The notes beneath the pieces were generated by a model. It was not told the DNA's origin. It ran no database searches and saw only the letters and a program-made list of their open reading frames with translations. The position numbers and the translations under genes were made by a program. A stretch of DNA of 64,000 bases from Balanoglossus misakiensis (lineage: Eukaryota; Animalia; Hemichordata). The stretch spans positions 9,621,556 to 9,685,555 of the forward strand of contig CM082583.2 of assembly GCA_040954595.2 (NCBI GenBank), in the 5' to 3' direction. Positions 15,201 through 27,268 of this stretch are shown here, piece by piece (the stretch's first letter is position 1; every line of letters begins with the position of its first letter).

Positions 15201-18200
15201 AGCAACTTTGACTGTGAGTGGATTGCATTAGAATGTTTTCAAAGCTGTATATATTACTGTTGATTCTTCGCACAACTTTTTGATCTTCATGTGGCATTAC
15301 AGGATTAACAACTTGACTGCTGTTTCATAAGCTGTTCTTTCAATTATACAATAAGATTTTATTTGATCAAGTAATGATATGGCATCACATCTCACTGCTT
15401 CTGATAATTCCGCACAGATAATGAAACATGGTGATCCCAACGGTGTCGTACTCTTCACTGGCCAGTCGCTTCAAACACGAGAGTTCAACGAACCCCAGGT
15501 GACAACAGTGCCGACCGTTGTGACTTTCCCAATCACAAGGAGAGAAGGAACTATCGGAGATGTCAATGTAAGTGGAAATATGTGTGTATTCCTTGTACAT
15601 GCGATTTGATGTTCTTGAAGGTTTGCATTAGGTATAAGCCCCAGTTGTAAGTCAATGACCATTACCTATGTCATATATTAATAACTACATCATTCCATCT
15701 CACAGGTCAACTGGGAAGTCCAATCCATGGATGGATCAACAGTGGCTGAAGATGTCACTCCTGCATCCGGAAGCACACTCATTCCCAATGCTGAAGCCAA
15801 TGCCCAGATTGCCATCACAATCCTTCCGGATGATATTCCAGAGCTGAAGGAGGAATTCCAGCTGGTGTTGGTGTCTGCCACCGGTGGGGCTGAAATCGAC
15901 CGTGACGTCAATGTCTCGAGATTCCACATTTTGTAAGTGTTATATTTTCCAGTTTTAATACAGATTTTAAATATGTAAAATATTCTGTAAACATCTCATT
16001 TTTTGGTGGAAAAATTGTATCTAACTCACTAACACACGAAGTACCAACTATCCAAAATTACACGGTGCTTAGTTACTTGAAGTAATATGTCTTTAATCTT
16101 GAAACAAATTTTATACATTTCACAAAAGCTTTTATGCCTTCATAGTGAAAATAATCCCATGAATTAAATTCCCAGCCTGGCTTACTTTTGAATATGGCAG
16201 AGCCACCAGTATCTGAATAACCTGATTATTTTTAGAATCATTGTCTGTTGATGATTTTATCCGGTGCAAGCTGTCACCGATATGTGTGTGTTCATATTAG
16301 TATGCCAGTCACGCCCATTCAACTGTTTTTTTTGGCTGGTCTGGCTTACACGCATCACAATTAACGTTAACTGCAGGTTGTAGTCATTGATACTCAGAGA
16401 AAGTGGGTATTGTAGATGTTGTGCGTCTTGTGTGTACAGTAATTCAAGACTGAATGGGTTCCTATTGTCCGCTAAGTCAAATAGGGCAGGGTCATCAACG
16501 GACGCACATGCCTTTTGTGTCTCAGACCAGCTGGACGTAGCCAGGAATGGCTAAAATGAACTGGCCGAAGTTTTGTCTGTGCTTTCTGGTGACCAAATGT
16601 TTGATTCTGACCGCCAGGGCCAACGATGACCCACATGGGGTGTTCAGCGTTCGCAGCCAGGACCAGACGGTGACCGTGGCGTCCAACTTGAACCGGTATG
16701 TCAGCGTCAACGTCAGTCGTTCGGCCGGCACTGAGGGGGACGTCCGGGTAGACTTCATGCTTCAGTACGACAACGTAAGTAAAAAAGATTTCTTGTGTGT
16801 TCAGTTTTAGTGAAAAGGCCTTTGTGACTGCTGTATGCAGTCAGACTTTGAAAAACCTCCTCACATCTCTATTAAACAAGTGTCTGTATATAGTCCTATA
16901 AAATTATTTTGTGAATCATATGTACCGTATGTGGTGTAATACTTCCATATGTTGCAGGTATCAGTAAAAAACAAACAAATTTAATGGCATTTGGTTAGTG
17001 TTGTTAGTTGTACATAGGGTCACTCAAAAGGAAATGCTACCTACTAAAATTCTATTTTAAATTCCAAGTCTATATTGACACAGACGGTGATTATTATAGT
17101 CAGACTGTTTTGGTACCACTGGTGGCTTGTATACAACCTATGAACGTGTCCAACTGTACATGTAGAAGTCATGCTCTTGGATTGGTTACCCTCATTTGCA
17201 CATCAATAGGGTGACCTCGAAAGGCTCTTGACAATAATAGCCAGCTACACGATTGTTAACCTTCGTTCAACTTTGAACACCCTGGTATTTCATGTTATTG
17301 TGTGATATGTGTTTAAAATAAGCTTGCCTATGGTGTGTAGAATTTCTTAAAGTGAAATGAGTGAGTGTATAATTGACAGAGAACTACACAGGATGTTTTA
17401 AATATCTCCGCTCATGCAAAAAGTGCAGTTCTATGAAATCATACCATATATTTGTGAGAATGAATGCTTTTTATTAAATTTCCATGAATTGCTGATGTTT
17501 TGCAGGCTGAACCAGGAAGTGATTACGTACCCAGTAGTGGTGATGTCATCTGCACAGATGGACAAACAAATGTAAGATTCAGTCTCATTGTTTCTAACAA
17601 TCTGTGTCATTTATTTGAGTGTTTTGAAAATCATGCTTTATGCAATGTCATTTATGACATCTGTGTTTCAATATCCATATGTTTGCTTTTCCAGTGCATT
17701 AAACAGATTCCACTGACATCTAACGATGCATTCCTGGCAGCTGGTACTACTTTCACTATCACCATAAGTGGCGTTACTTATTTGGGAGCTCAGGGTGAGT
17801 TTAATAATTATACTAGTCATTGCAAATATTGGCACCATTTGGTTAATTATAAGTCTGATAGCAGAATATAAAATATTGAATTTAGTTTGTTGGTAATATC
17901 AGTGCATGGAGCCAGAGCATCTTGTGGGGGCAATGTACCAAATGAATGCCAAGAGATTTGAGACAATTAATGTTCCTTTCTCTTTGCAGTGTCTATTGAA
18001 CCAAGAATTGACAGCAACAGTGCTTCAGCGACATTTGAATTACCTGATGAGGCGGCAAACTCTGTGATTGGTTTTGATCAGGACGCTCTGCAGGTGAACG
18101 ACAGTAAGTTTACAGAATTTCATTTGTTCTATGTCTTGTTGACCACCTGGTAGAAGTGTTATGAAAACCACTGTGTATACTATAATACAGATATAACAGT

Positions 18201-21200
18201 ATTTTGATGTCAGGAAGAATAGATTTACATGTCCCTGATTTTATCCTGCAGACATCAATGAAGCAATCCTGACCATCAAGAGGGTCGGTTCTTATGGAGA
18301 TGTGACTGTGCGTTGGGCAGCTGGATTTCCTGATGGTGACCTTCCTGATGGATTCACAGCAGGGGACATATCACCAAGCGTGGGAGCGTCTTCCATCCAG
18401 CATAGCTATGCTTTGAAAGCACTGGCAGTTCAGGTATGTTAAATTGTGGATTTGTAATACCATATATTTGGCAAAAGATATGCTTAGAATGAACCTTCTT
18501 TGTCCATTGTCAAGACAACATGTCACGGTTTTAAGACAACTTGTATAGTTAGTGCAGTCATGTGCACTCACACTGAATGGATGGCATTATCATGTAAAGT
18601 CTAATAATAATATCTGGTGTGTCTTTCTGCAGCTTTACCCCCAGGAGATGGCCACAGAGTTGTTTGCTGTTCAGTTGACGACTGTCACGACAAGTGTACC
18701 CGGTGGAGCTAGACTACAAGAGGGCAACACTGTGATGCAGATAGACCCCTATGGTGTGCTGGGATTTGCAGCTGCGTCTAGGCAGCTCTACACTCCTGAA
18801 GAAGACGTTGAAGTGAGTGATCAGAGAGTGACAAGATATGCTACATTTTGAATATACATTTTGAATTCCCAATCATATGTTTTTAAAGCAAGCAAGAAAA
18901 GGTAGTGAATAAGCTCATTAACTTTCTCCTTCGTCTGTTTCTTCAGCTTACCCTTACAATTGAACGAAGATTTGGTACCTTCGGCAACATCCACGTCACT
19001 TACGAAACATTTGCAGAAACAGCCGAGGAATCCACTGACTATACGCGAGAGTCCAGGGTTCTGACCATGAATGAGTTAGAAAGAAGCAGAACGGTACAGA
19101 TAGTCATCAAGGGGGATGATCCCAATCAGCCGGAACCAGAGAGAGATGAAGTCTTCTTTGTGAACATCACTGATGTGAAAAGACTGCCATCTAGTGGCCC
19201 ACAAGGTGAGATTCAGTATATTTGACAAAAAATGATTGTTCAGAGAAGACATAGTCTTTTCATGTACCGGTAGTGCAATCCAACCCATACTAGAAGTTAA
19301 TATATTGAGGCTTTAGTTTTCACTTCTTTGTAATACCATTGTCAGAATGAATAACCATCCATATTCTCAGTTTATACCAGTATCTACTATTCTGTAACCC
19401 TACTGTATTTTGTCCATCCAATACCCTAGGTGTGAGCCCCCGTATTAGTCCCATGTACTCATCATCCACCGTCACAATAGAAGCCAGTAATGATCCCTAT
19501 GGTGTTTTGAGTATTGATTCAGCTGCCATTGAAGTGTCTGAAAGTAATGACGGTGGAGCCAAAGTTGTACAGATACCCATACACAGATATTGTAAGTACT
19601 CACTTCTTGTTTGAGTATCATCATTTCTCTGTAACTGTACTTGACAGCCATCATGACCCTTACCATGTCTTATCGCCAGTTATATACACTGAGATAATCG
19701 CCACCACCACCACCACCTACATACATAGATACATGTAGCTTGTTAACTTACTGTAACAGTGATGCAAATTCCTAAATAAAAGAAGCTTATGCAAAACAGG
19801 ATGAGATACATATTTAAAATTATAAAAAAAGACCTTCAGATTCATATGTAATTAATCTGCTACCTTTCCTCTGTAACAGTTGGAACGTTTGACACTGTGA
19901 GTGTGAGGGTACGTACCATTGGAGGTGGAGAGAGGGGTGTGACACCCACACCATCCAACAACACAAACACCATTGCTGAGGCATTATATGCTGCACAGGA
20001 TGAACCACATGCAACAGCCGGTCAAGACTATGATATGATAAACACTCTTGTCACATTTGGAGTGAGTAAATCTTTATTTTAAAGATGATAAGCGGAAGTA
20101 CATTGCATGTTTGGTTTTTGATATCTAAAGTGAAACTGAAATTTACTAGAAATTAATAATCTTGTACATTGCATAATATTGGTGATATTACTTTTCAAAG
20201 CCGACAGTTTGTCAAGGACTTGGTCTTTTTACTTTCAGGAGAATTCTGATGAGCAGAGGGTGAACCTTGTAATTCTGGATGACCCGACACCAGAACCCGC
20301 TGAAGTGTTCTTTGTCTACCTCAGTGATGTCACAGGTGGTGCTCAGATTGCCGAGGGTATTCCTGACCCCACTGATCCTCAGCAAGTCCTCAGGGTAAGT
20401 AACACATCATTCCGAAATGAGAATGAGGTTCTAAAAGTTATCTAGGCAAAATAAACATCATGGAACAGATAACAGAAGAGGAAAACATATTTTCTGAATT
20501 CTTTATCCTAAGTTGCTAAAAATGTCCAACATATTAATGTTCTTGTTCTTGTTTTTTGTAGGGTTATGTGAAAATCACCATCATTGGCAGTGACAACCAC
20601 AATGGTATCATTGGTTTCACTGACAATTCCTTGTATGTCAGTGTGAATGAGGACCAAAATCCAGCTGTCAATCTGGTCGTCGACAGAGGGGATGCATTCT
20701 TTGACCAAGTCACTGTAAGCAAACATACTTTACAGTACAGTTCCCATAAAAAATGTCTTTTCATGATCTGATAGATATTTTTCACTTGAACTGTAGCCAC
20801 TACATGTACTAACAGTTTCTTCAATATGACATTAATGTTATTTTATGTCAACTTTCAAAAAATTCTTTATTTTGTGGTGTTTACTTAGTGAAAATTCATT
20901 TGATAAAGTACTGGGTATATATTAACATTTATTTCTATATTTTCTTCAATTTTAGGTCAGTTGGCAGGCTACGTACGACAGCCCAAGTTCTCCAGATTCT
21001 GGGTTGTACGAACAGTTGGAAGAAGTGAGTGGGGAGACCTTGTGTGTGGCTGGGGAGAGACTCTGTACTTTGGACATTATGCTGCTACAAGATGAGGTAA
21101 TGTGGACTGACAAACATAAACTATAGACCGGAAAATGCATGAAGATATAGAGGGAACTTCAGTCTATAGAAATGGCTACTGTGGCACACTGTTTGAAATT

Positions 21201-24200
21201 TTGCTGGTAGCTGTTGATGTAGTGGTACAGATTTGATTTGTGCGCCAACCACCCATAATTTTGGCATACATGTATTTACTGCTGTTTATCTTTTATGTTG
21301 AAACAGGAGCCAGAATTCCAGACTTCCTTTGCCGTGATCCTGACTGGAGCTGGTGATGGTGCCACTATCGATGTGAGCAGAAACCGTGCCAATGTGACCA
21401 TGTTGGACAGCGACTTTCCGTATGGACTAATTCAGTTCACTCTTGCATCAAGGTAAGGAATGTTTATCAATTGATATTTGGCAGATGAGAATTAATTTGA
21501 TATTAATGGTTTTCATGCAGGCATAATATGACACATCTGCTAATTGTTCTAAAACTGCTTTGCCTCTATCAACCTCTCTTTTAGACTACCGAGTGTAGAT
21601 AAGGCAGCCACACTGGTCGGTTTGACTTTAGAACGTGTTGGTGGTAGCACCCAGCCCTTGTCTGTCACTTGGTCCACGAGGGAGCTGTTTGGAGCAGTGA
21701 GGATCGCTGGAGTGACTGTATACCCAGCTGTGGAGTCACTGGATTTCGATACTGCAAGTGGTGTGATTGAGTTTGAAGTGGGTCAGGTAAGGAATATGCC
21801 CTGGATCTTTAGATGATAATAATGATATAAGACTTGATCATTTGTCATTGTCAGTCCCGCAGTCTAGATGAGACAGTTCAAGCCCAGTTAGACAGTTGTG
21901 AAAGTTTTATCTGCCACCCATTCAGAGCTGTAATGATCATTATCTGTTCTATCCTTAACAGAGGAGGGCTTCCATTGATATTGTGTTGACACCAGATACA
22001 GCTTCTGCCAACCCGTTGCCCAAGATGTTCCAGGTTATCATCGATAACCCAACCAATGGTGGAAGGTATTGAATATTTTCACTTGGTTCAAAAAAGCATC
22101 TATTTGTGTGTTATTGTAATATTAAACAACTGTAGAAGGTGATACAACTCTACCTGTGAGATGGCTGTGTCAAATTTATAGAGAGAATATTTCTGTTTTT
22201 TCTCACAGAGTGAATCCTGATGGCTACTATTCCAATGTAACTATTGTACCTGATAAAACAACCGCTGACATCTGGGAGACATGGGCTGGCGCCAGATTAG
22301 GAGACCTGACTGATTCTGAAATTGATAGGTAAGAATATTGACTCCTCCAATTCACAGCCAAGTTGGATCGACCCCATTGCACTCATAGATGTGGTTGAGC
22401 CCGTATGCAAGTGTTGTAAGCAATATGATGTTATGCTTGTTTCCTAGGATACTGCGTGAAGTGAGTGCCACTGTGGCAGTTGAGATGACAGACGGACAAG
22501 TTACCGTGGTGAAAGACACGTTGGATTTGATCATCGAAGAAGCCACTCAGAGACAGTGAGTACATACAGGGAACACAAATCTCGATATTCAAACAAGAAC
22601 AGCGTTGTTCTCATCATTTCTGTTGTGTGAAGTGTACATTAAGCTGTTTTACTGTCGTGTACACTGCAGTGCTGGTTCTTCCATTAAACGCATGAGTCCC
22701 TGTCTTTCAGACTACCAAGTACAACTCTGGATAACATGATGGAAATCTTCTGCGACATGCTGCAACTGGACCGTGTGGACACCAAGGGCAAGAACGGTCT
22801 GTCGCAGTCGTTTGTCGACTTTGCATACACGCTGATCACCGATGAAGAATGCGAGATGAACGAACCCAAGACAATACAGTGTCAACATGCGTACGTAGAA
22901 GTGGCCCGGTGGCTGCCAGCGTCTGTCAATGGTCACAAATTTGATGGCAGGTAGGTCTGGATTTGTCTTGTTTGCAGAGACTCACACCCTGAATTTTATT
23001 CCTGTACTTATATTCATTGATCTCACCAAAGTCAAATCACACCCCTTCCAATGACACCCGTGATCAAAATCTCTTTACTTGTTACCCTCTTTCAGAGCAC
23101 AAGACCACTTTCAACTGCCAACAGATCTGCTGGTCACTCAGTCCGACAACCAGGAGTGTGAAGACATCCACTTCATTGAATATTCCAGTTCTGTCTGGTT
23201 TGAACCAGATAACCAGATTCCACCAATGAGCGACAAGGTAAGGGTCCATAAAGAACCCAAAGGTTAACACTTACACTGTACATGTAATAACAGCACTTTT
23301 GAGTGTCAGGGGCCGGGGCCTGGCAAACAAGCGAGAAAACAAAACTCAGCCATTTGGTAAGCCGTATTGAGATCTGATTACTAGGGTAATGTAATAATAT
23401 TCTTTTTCCAACTTTCAGGTATTATCCGTGGGATTGAAAGGCAAGGAAGACCAGTTTTCCAATCTTCCAACTCCTATCCAGTATCGGCTGTACACAGATA
23501 ATGCCAGAGTGACTCCCAAAGGAGCCAGTTGCTTACTGTGGAACCACGCAGCTCAGAGGTGGTTGAACGATGAATGCACTGTCTTGGTAAGACAATCAGA
23601 GTCTTTTGTACAAAGCTGATAATTATGTGTTGATGTCAGTAGACTGGATGAAGATTTGATCATTACCTGTATTTGACATATTCTGATATTTTTGTCAAAG
23701 GGGTAGATGGCTGTCATTTGTGACCTCCAGACTGGCAACCATAATATTGTGTCATATTTAATTTCAGAGAGATGATGGTGATTATGTTGAATGCAGCTGC
23801 AACCATTTATCTGAATATGCAGCTAGGGCTGACACAGATAATCTGACCGGCTACAATGAATGGATCTATGCATCTTGCTTCATCTGTATTGTAAGTGAGA
23901 TCAATTTGTTGAGTTATATTTTTCCCCTGTGTATTTTATGTGTATTTTGTGTCTTTTATTGATAATACCCCTGCACACATACTTTGCCAGCTTACTAAAT
24001 GACTGGGGTAGTCCTTTTCCATAAACTCAATCTCACATTACATGTGTATGTTTTCTCTTGTTTCATAGATTGGCTTGGTCCTGGCTATACTTGCCCATCA
24101 TATCTGTTCTATTGAGACCATGTTTGCTGCCAAACTGCTCATGCATATGTGCTTTGCATGCCTGTCATTCCAGGTAAGTCACTCAGTCTCGAAAGTATAC

Positions 24201-26498
24201 AATGTATTTTCCAGAAGTATTTAGCGTAGAATGTAAGGTGCTTGAATAAGAATAAGATCACATACATGTTTGTTTTATATCTTTCTTACAGACCGTGTTT
24301 GTGGTAGCTGCGTACATCAGCAACAGAATCGATGACAGTAGCTGCTCTGCTATCGCTACCATCATGCATTACTTCTTCCTGGCACAATTTTCATGGATGT
24401 TTGTCCAGGTACTAGACTCTTACTGTCTGTTCTTGAAAAGTTTGAAGTCAGCTCAGATTTTTATTGATCTGCATATGTCTGTATATGTAATTGGAGTGAA
24501 AGACTACGCTGTGATGGTGTTTGTGTTTGTATTGCTGACAATATCTGCCTCATTTTTACCCTCCAGTCTATCAATTTATGGAAAGTATTGGTAATGAATG
24601 ATGAGCACACAGAGAGATATTACGTACTTTTCTTTATGCTGGGATGGGGTAAGTAGTCTTTTAATCAATTGAAGTGCCCTCTTTTTTAATCAGTAAATCA
24701 CAAAAAGACAGTAGATTTGTACCAATCCTTTGTAATATAATGTACTCGCATGGTGAAGTGTTATACATAATTTGCATGTATTGTTACTGATACTAGTTTT
24801 TGTCTGATGACAGGTCTCCCTGCAATACTTGTGGTGATCTACATAGTGGTACTATATGCGGCATTTGGGTGGGAATATTATCTGTCTCCGGTGGATATTG
24901 ATCCGTACAATCCGGAAGTCATCTACGGAGATGTGCATCAAAATGGAGACATGTGAGTTACTTTGGAAATGTCTTGTGTAGTTATCATGTAAATAATTGT
25001 TATGATTCGTGACGTCTACTATTATTATGTTCTGCGTTGTAACCAACGGTTTTATGTAGGTCTGACAGCATTGTATTTTCTGTCTCCTGCAGGTGTTTCA
25101 TCCCCAACGCCTATGCAGCTCTGGCCGGAGTCCTGGGTCCTGTTGTGCTCTTCCTATTCTTTGCGGGCATAGTCTTCATACAGGCATACCAAGTGACACC
25201 ACAGTGGAAGCAGTATGATGACGTGTATGCAGGCAGATACAACACAGCAGGTAGGAAAGCGCTAGACTGTTCATTGTATGTTACTGTATGTATGTGTGTG
25301 TGTATGTTAAATACAAATTGTCAGGAAATAGTATATACATGTAGTGATCCTAATTTGAAATTTTCTCTGATACTGTATCCATTTTAGAGGTGCGTATTCT
25401 GCTGATGTTCTGGCTGGTCATAATCCTCACCTGGATCTTCGGAGGATTACACATGACGTTTGGCACTCTGTGGTTGCTGATCATCTTCTGTATCTTCAAC
25501 ATCATTCAGGTAAGATGCTGAACAGACACTGAAGGGGTTTAATGATGTTAATTTCAAGTTCTTAGGAAAATGTAAAGCAGTGGTTAAAAGATCAGCCAAA
25601 TAAAATGTATTTACATAAAATTCCTATCATTCCATACATACCCAAATACTGTAACCTTGGTATATTTTCACCTCCAGGGCTTGTATGCTTTAATCATCTA
25701 TACCATTCTACGCAATCAGCTGTGTAGACCAGCCAAGGGTCAGTACTCATTCAATAACAGTACGCAAGAAGTGGTGCACGTGCAGAACCAGAATTACACC
25801 CAGAGTAGATCTGTCAGTGGTGCGTCTGTGGGGAAGAGCTCTAAAGGAACTCTTGGGATTGTACAGACACAGATCCCAGTGGCGACGCATAATGAGGTGA
25901 GCGATTCCACTATCACTGCTCTGTCTGTCTGTCTCTCTATCTGTGTGTGTGTCTCTCTCTCTCTCTCTCTCTCTCGAGTGTATGTGTATGTGTGTGTGGG
26001 TACATGTGTGTGTGTGAATTCCTGTTACTGATGGGCATGTAGCTTAGCAGAGGAAGTTACTTATTGTGTTTAAAGACACAAATTATGCTTTTCATGACCA
26101 AACTCCCTTAATATTTTTCTCAAAAGATGAATAACTGGGATCACGCATCGGTGACTCACAGTCAACACAGTGACATTTACGGGGGCAAGCAGTCGCCGTC
26201 ATCGCATACCAACAACATCTACACAACCATGCCGTACCCGAACAACATCACCGCACCTCAGGACGAGCCCGATTCCCAGGAATTCGACGACCTGATCTTT
26301 GCGTTGAAGACCGGCACCACGTACACCCCGAGTGAAGATGATGCGCTGTCGGAGAGAGCCAGGTCTACACATCTCAGCGAAACCAACGAACACAACAAGA
26401 GTACGGAGCAGCTCATTCTAGACACCTCAATGGACGATGCGCAAGACACAGAACATTATGAAATGAGGAGAATTTCTATAGCAGACACACACCTTTAA
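227..26498 (+). CDS. ADGRV1: Adhesion G protein-coupled receptor V1 (VLGR1/GPR98/USH2C) orthologue; multi-exon, 5'-partial (about 75 exons in window)
   Basis: Short GT-AG exons join in phase where I checked them (e.g. 227-405, 510-676, 865-1123). They encode repeated Calx-beta motifs (xxDDxxPExxExFxxxL, IxxNDDPxG), then EAR repeats, GPS (CSCNHLS), 7TM ([43 protein letters not shown]) and a C-tail [14 protein letters not shown]...[10 protein letters not shown]-stop. These motifs closely match my recollection of vertebrate ADGRV1. Confidence 0.97.
2238..2571 (+). CDS. ADGRV1: ADGRV1 exon carrying a Cys-rich PAN/Apple-like insert within a Calx-beta repeat
   Basis: AG at 2236-2237, GT at 2572. 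Translates ...[19 protein letters not shown]...ECLWS...FFYYVK (C-x3-C-x5-C-x2-F-x-F...C pattern). Confidence 0.75.
7285..9193 (+). CDS. ADGRV1: ADGRV1 EAR/EPTP repeat (beta-propeller) region, 5 exons, about 7 repeats
   Basis: Repeated Q-x-I/L-x-T-x-GA...F......YL(A/V)(V/I)AN......S-x-(V/L)(Y/L)xW motifs, e.g. [15 protein letters not shown]...YLVFTN and [12 protein letters not shown]...YLAVAN...STVYVW. Confidence 0.9.
7553..7619 (+). repeat. Intronic compound trinucleotide microsatellite (CAT)n/(CAC)n, about 12 CAC units
   Basis: Directly visible; lies between the donor at 7515 and the acceptor at 7641-7642. Confidence 0.95.
16547..16774 (+). CDS. ADGRV1: Candidate alternative first coding exon of a short ADGRV1 isoform (signal-peptide-like [25 protein letters not shown] fused in frame to exon 16618-16774)
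   Basis: ATG in good context (ggaATGg) with an in-frame TAG at 16538-16540. The 25 codons show a basic n-region, hydrophobic core and A-R-A cleavage motif, in frame with ANDDPHGVF. Confidence 0.4.
23419..23890 (+). CDS. ADGRV1: ADGRV1 GAIN/GPS motif exons (23419-23586, 23768-23890)
   Basis: [21 protein letters not shown]|[26 protein letters not shown]; the H-L-S cleavage triad is at 23804-23812. Confidence 0.92.
24069..25896 (+). CDS. ADGRV1: ADGRV1 7TM exons (24069-24173, 24292-24408, 24567-24648, 24814-24952, 25093-25250, 25388-25509, 25678-25896)
   Basis: Canonical splice sites in phase. Hydrophobic helices with adhesion-GPCR motifs [22 protein letters not shown] and FNIIQGLY. Confidence 0.93.
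25921..26016 (+). repeat. Intronic compound microsatellite (CTGT)n/(CT)n/(GT)n in the last ADGRV1 intron
   Basis: Directly visible runs. Confidence 0.9.
26127..26498 (+). CDS. ADGRV1: ADGRV1 terminal coding exon (cytoplasmic tail with class I PDZ-binding motif DTHL)
   Basis: AG at 26125-26126; encodes [15 protein letters not shown] and [12 protein letters not shown] followed by TAA. Confidence 0.95.
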   Translation: MNNWDHASVTHSQHSDIYGGKQSPSSHTNNIYTTMPYPNNITAPQDEPDSQEFDDLIFALKTGTTYTPSEDDALSERARSTHLSETNEHNKSTEQLILDTSMDDAQDTEHYEMRRISIADTHL

Positions 26499-27262
26499 CC
26501 TGAAACACCCCCATCAAGGAATCAATTCATCCATCTCACCAGGTTGTGTATATAGAAATTTCAGACTGGCCCATTATTTTTATAGGGGCTAGCTAATATT
26601 TTTGTACAGAAAGATTTTATACACAAGGGTACAAATTTGGCAATAATTTTCTGTACATAAGGGATTTTGATACCCTCATTTTTTAAAAACATATCAGGAA
26701 TAAACTGTAAGTTTTCTACAAAGAAATAGAACAACACAGGATTGTAGATTTACTAAGCAAGTAGTCTTCCATATTTGATGTGGAGGCTTTTTTTCATATG
26801 TAGTGTATACATGTACTTTAATTCCACGTTGTTAAAAACCCAGGTGCCGCGTCATTTGAGGCAAATTTATTTATCAAGGCCTTAGCTATCTATTGATATT
26901 GATTGTGACCTCAGGCCAACCAATCAGATCTGATCAAATTCCTTGAGATGTGAATCATGGCACCAATCAAATTCCTTGAGACATCATGTGATCAGTACCT
27001 GTGTCCAAATTTCAAATGCCTTGAAATGTCTGTGATTTATTCTCATGCAAAATATCACATTCATCATTTTTGGTTTCAGCAGTTTTGTGTGTGTATGGTA
27101 TGTGTAGCGTGTTTCCTTGTGAACTTATTTACATGTACCAGCAAATAGAGATAACCTAACGGGTACATTCAAAAATCCAGTAAGGTTTTTTCTCCTGTAG
27201 TCAGCTGCGGTAGTCATAGAAACTTAGGATGCAATGACCATAGATATATACTATATTCTTGC

Positions 27263-27268
27263 AATAAA
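27263..27268 (+). terminator. Candidate ADGRV1 polyadenylation signal (AATAAA); another at 26699-26704
   Basis: Hexamer in AT-rich sequence downstream of the stop; actual usage unknown. Confidence 0.35.

Noticed and set aside
171-25387. Other hydrophobic N-termini on ORF-track entries overlapping ADGRV1 exons (e.g. 3287, 8799, 12109, 18905)
   Set aside because: They start at TTG/GTG or read through ordinary polypyrimidine tracts of short introns, and lack the ATG + AxA + long-intron combination seen at 16547.
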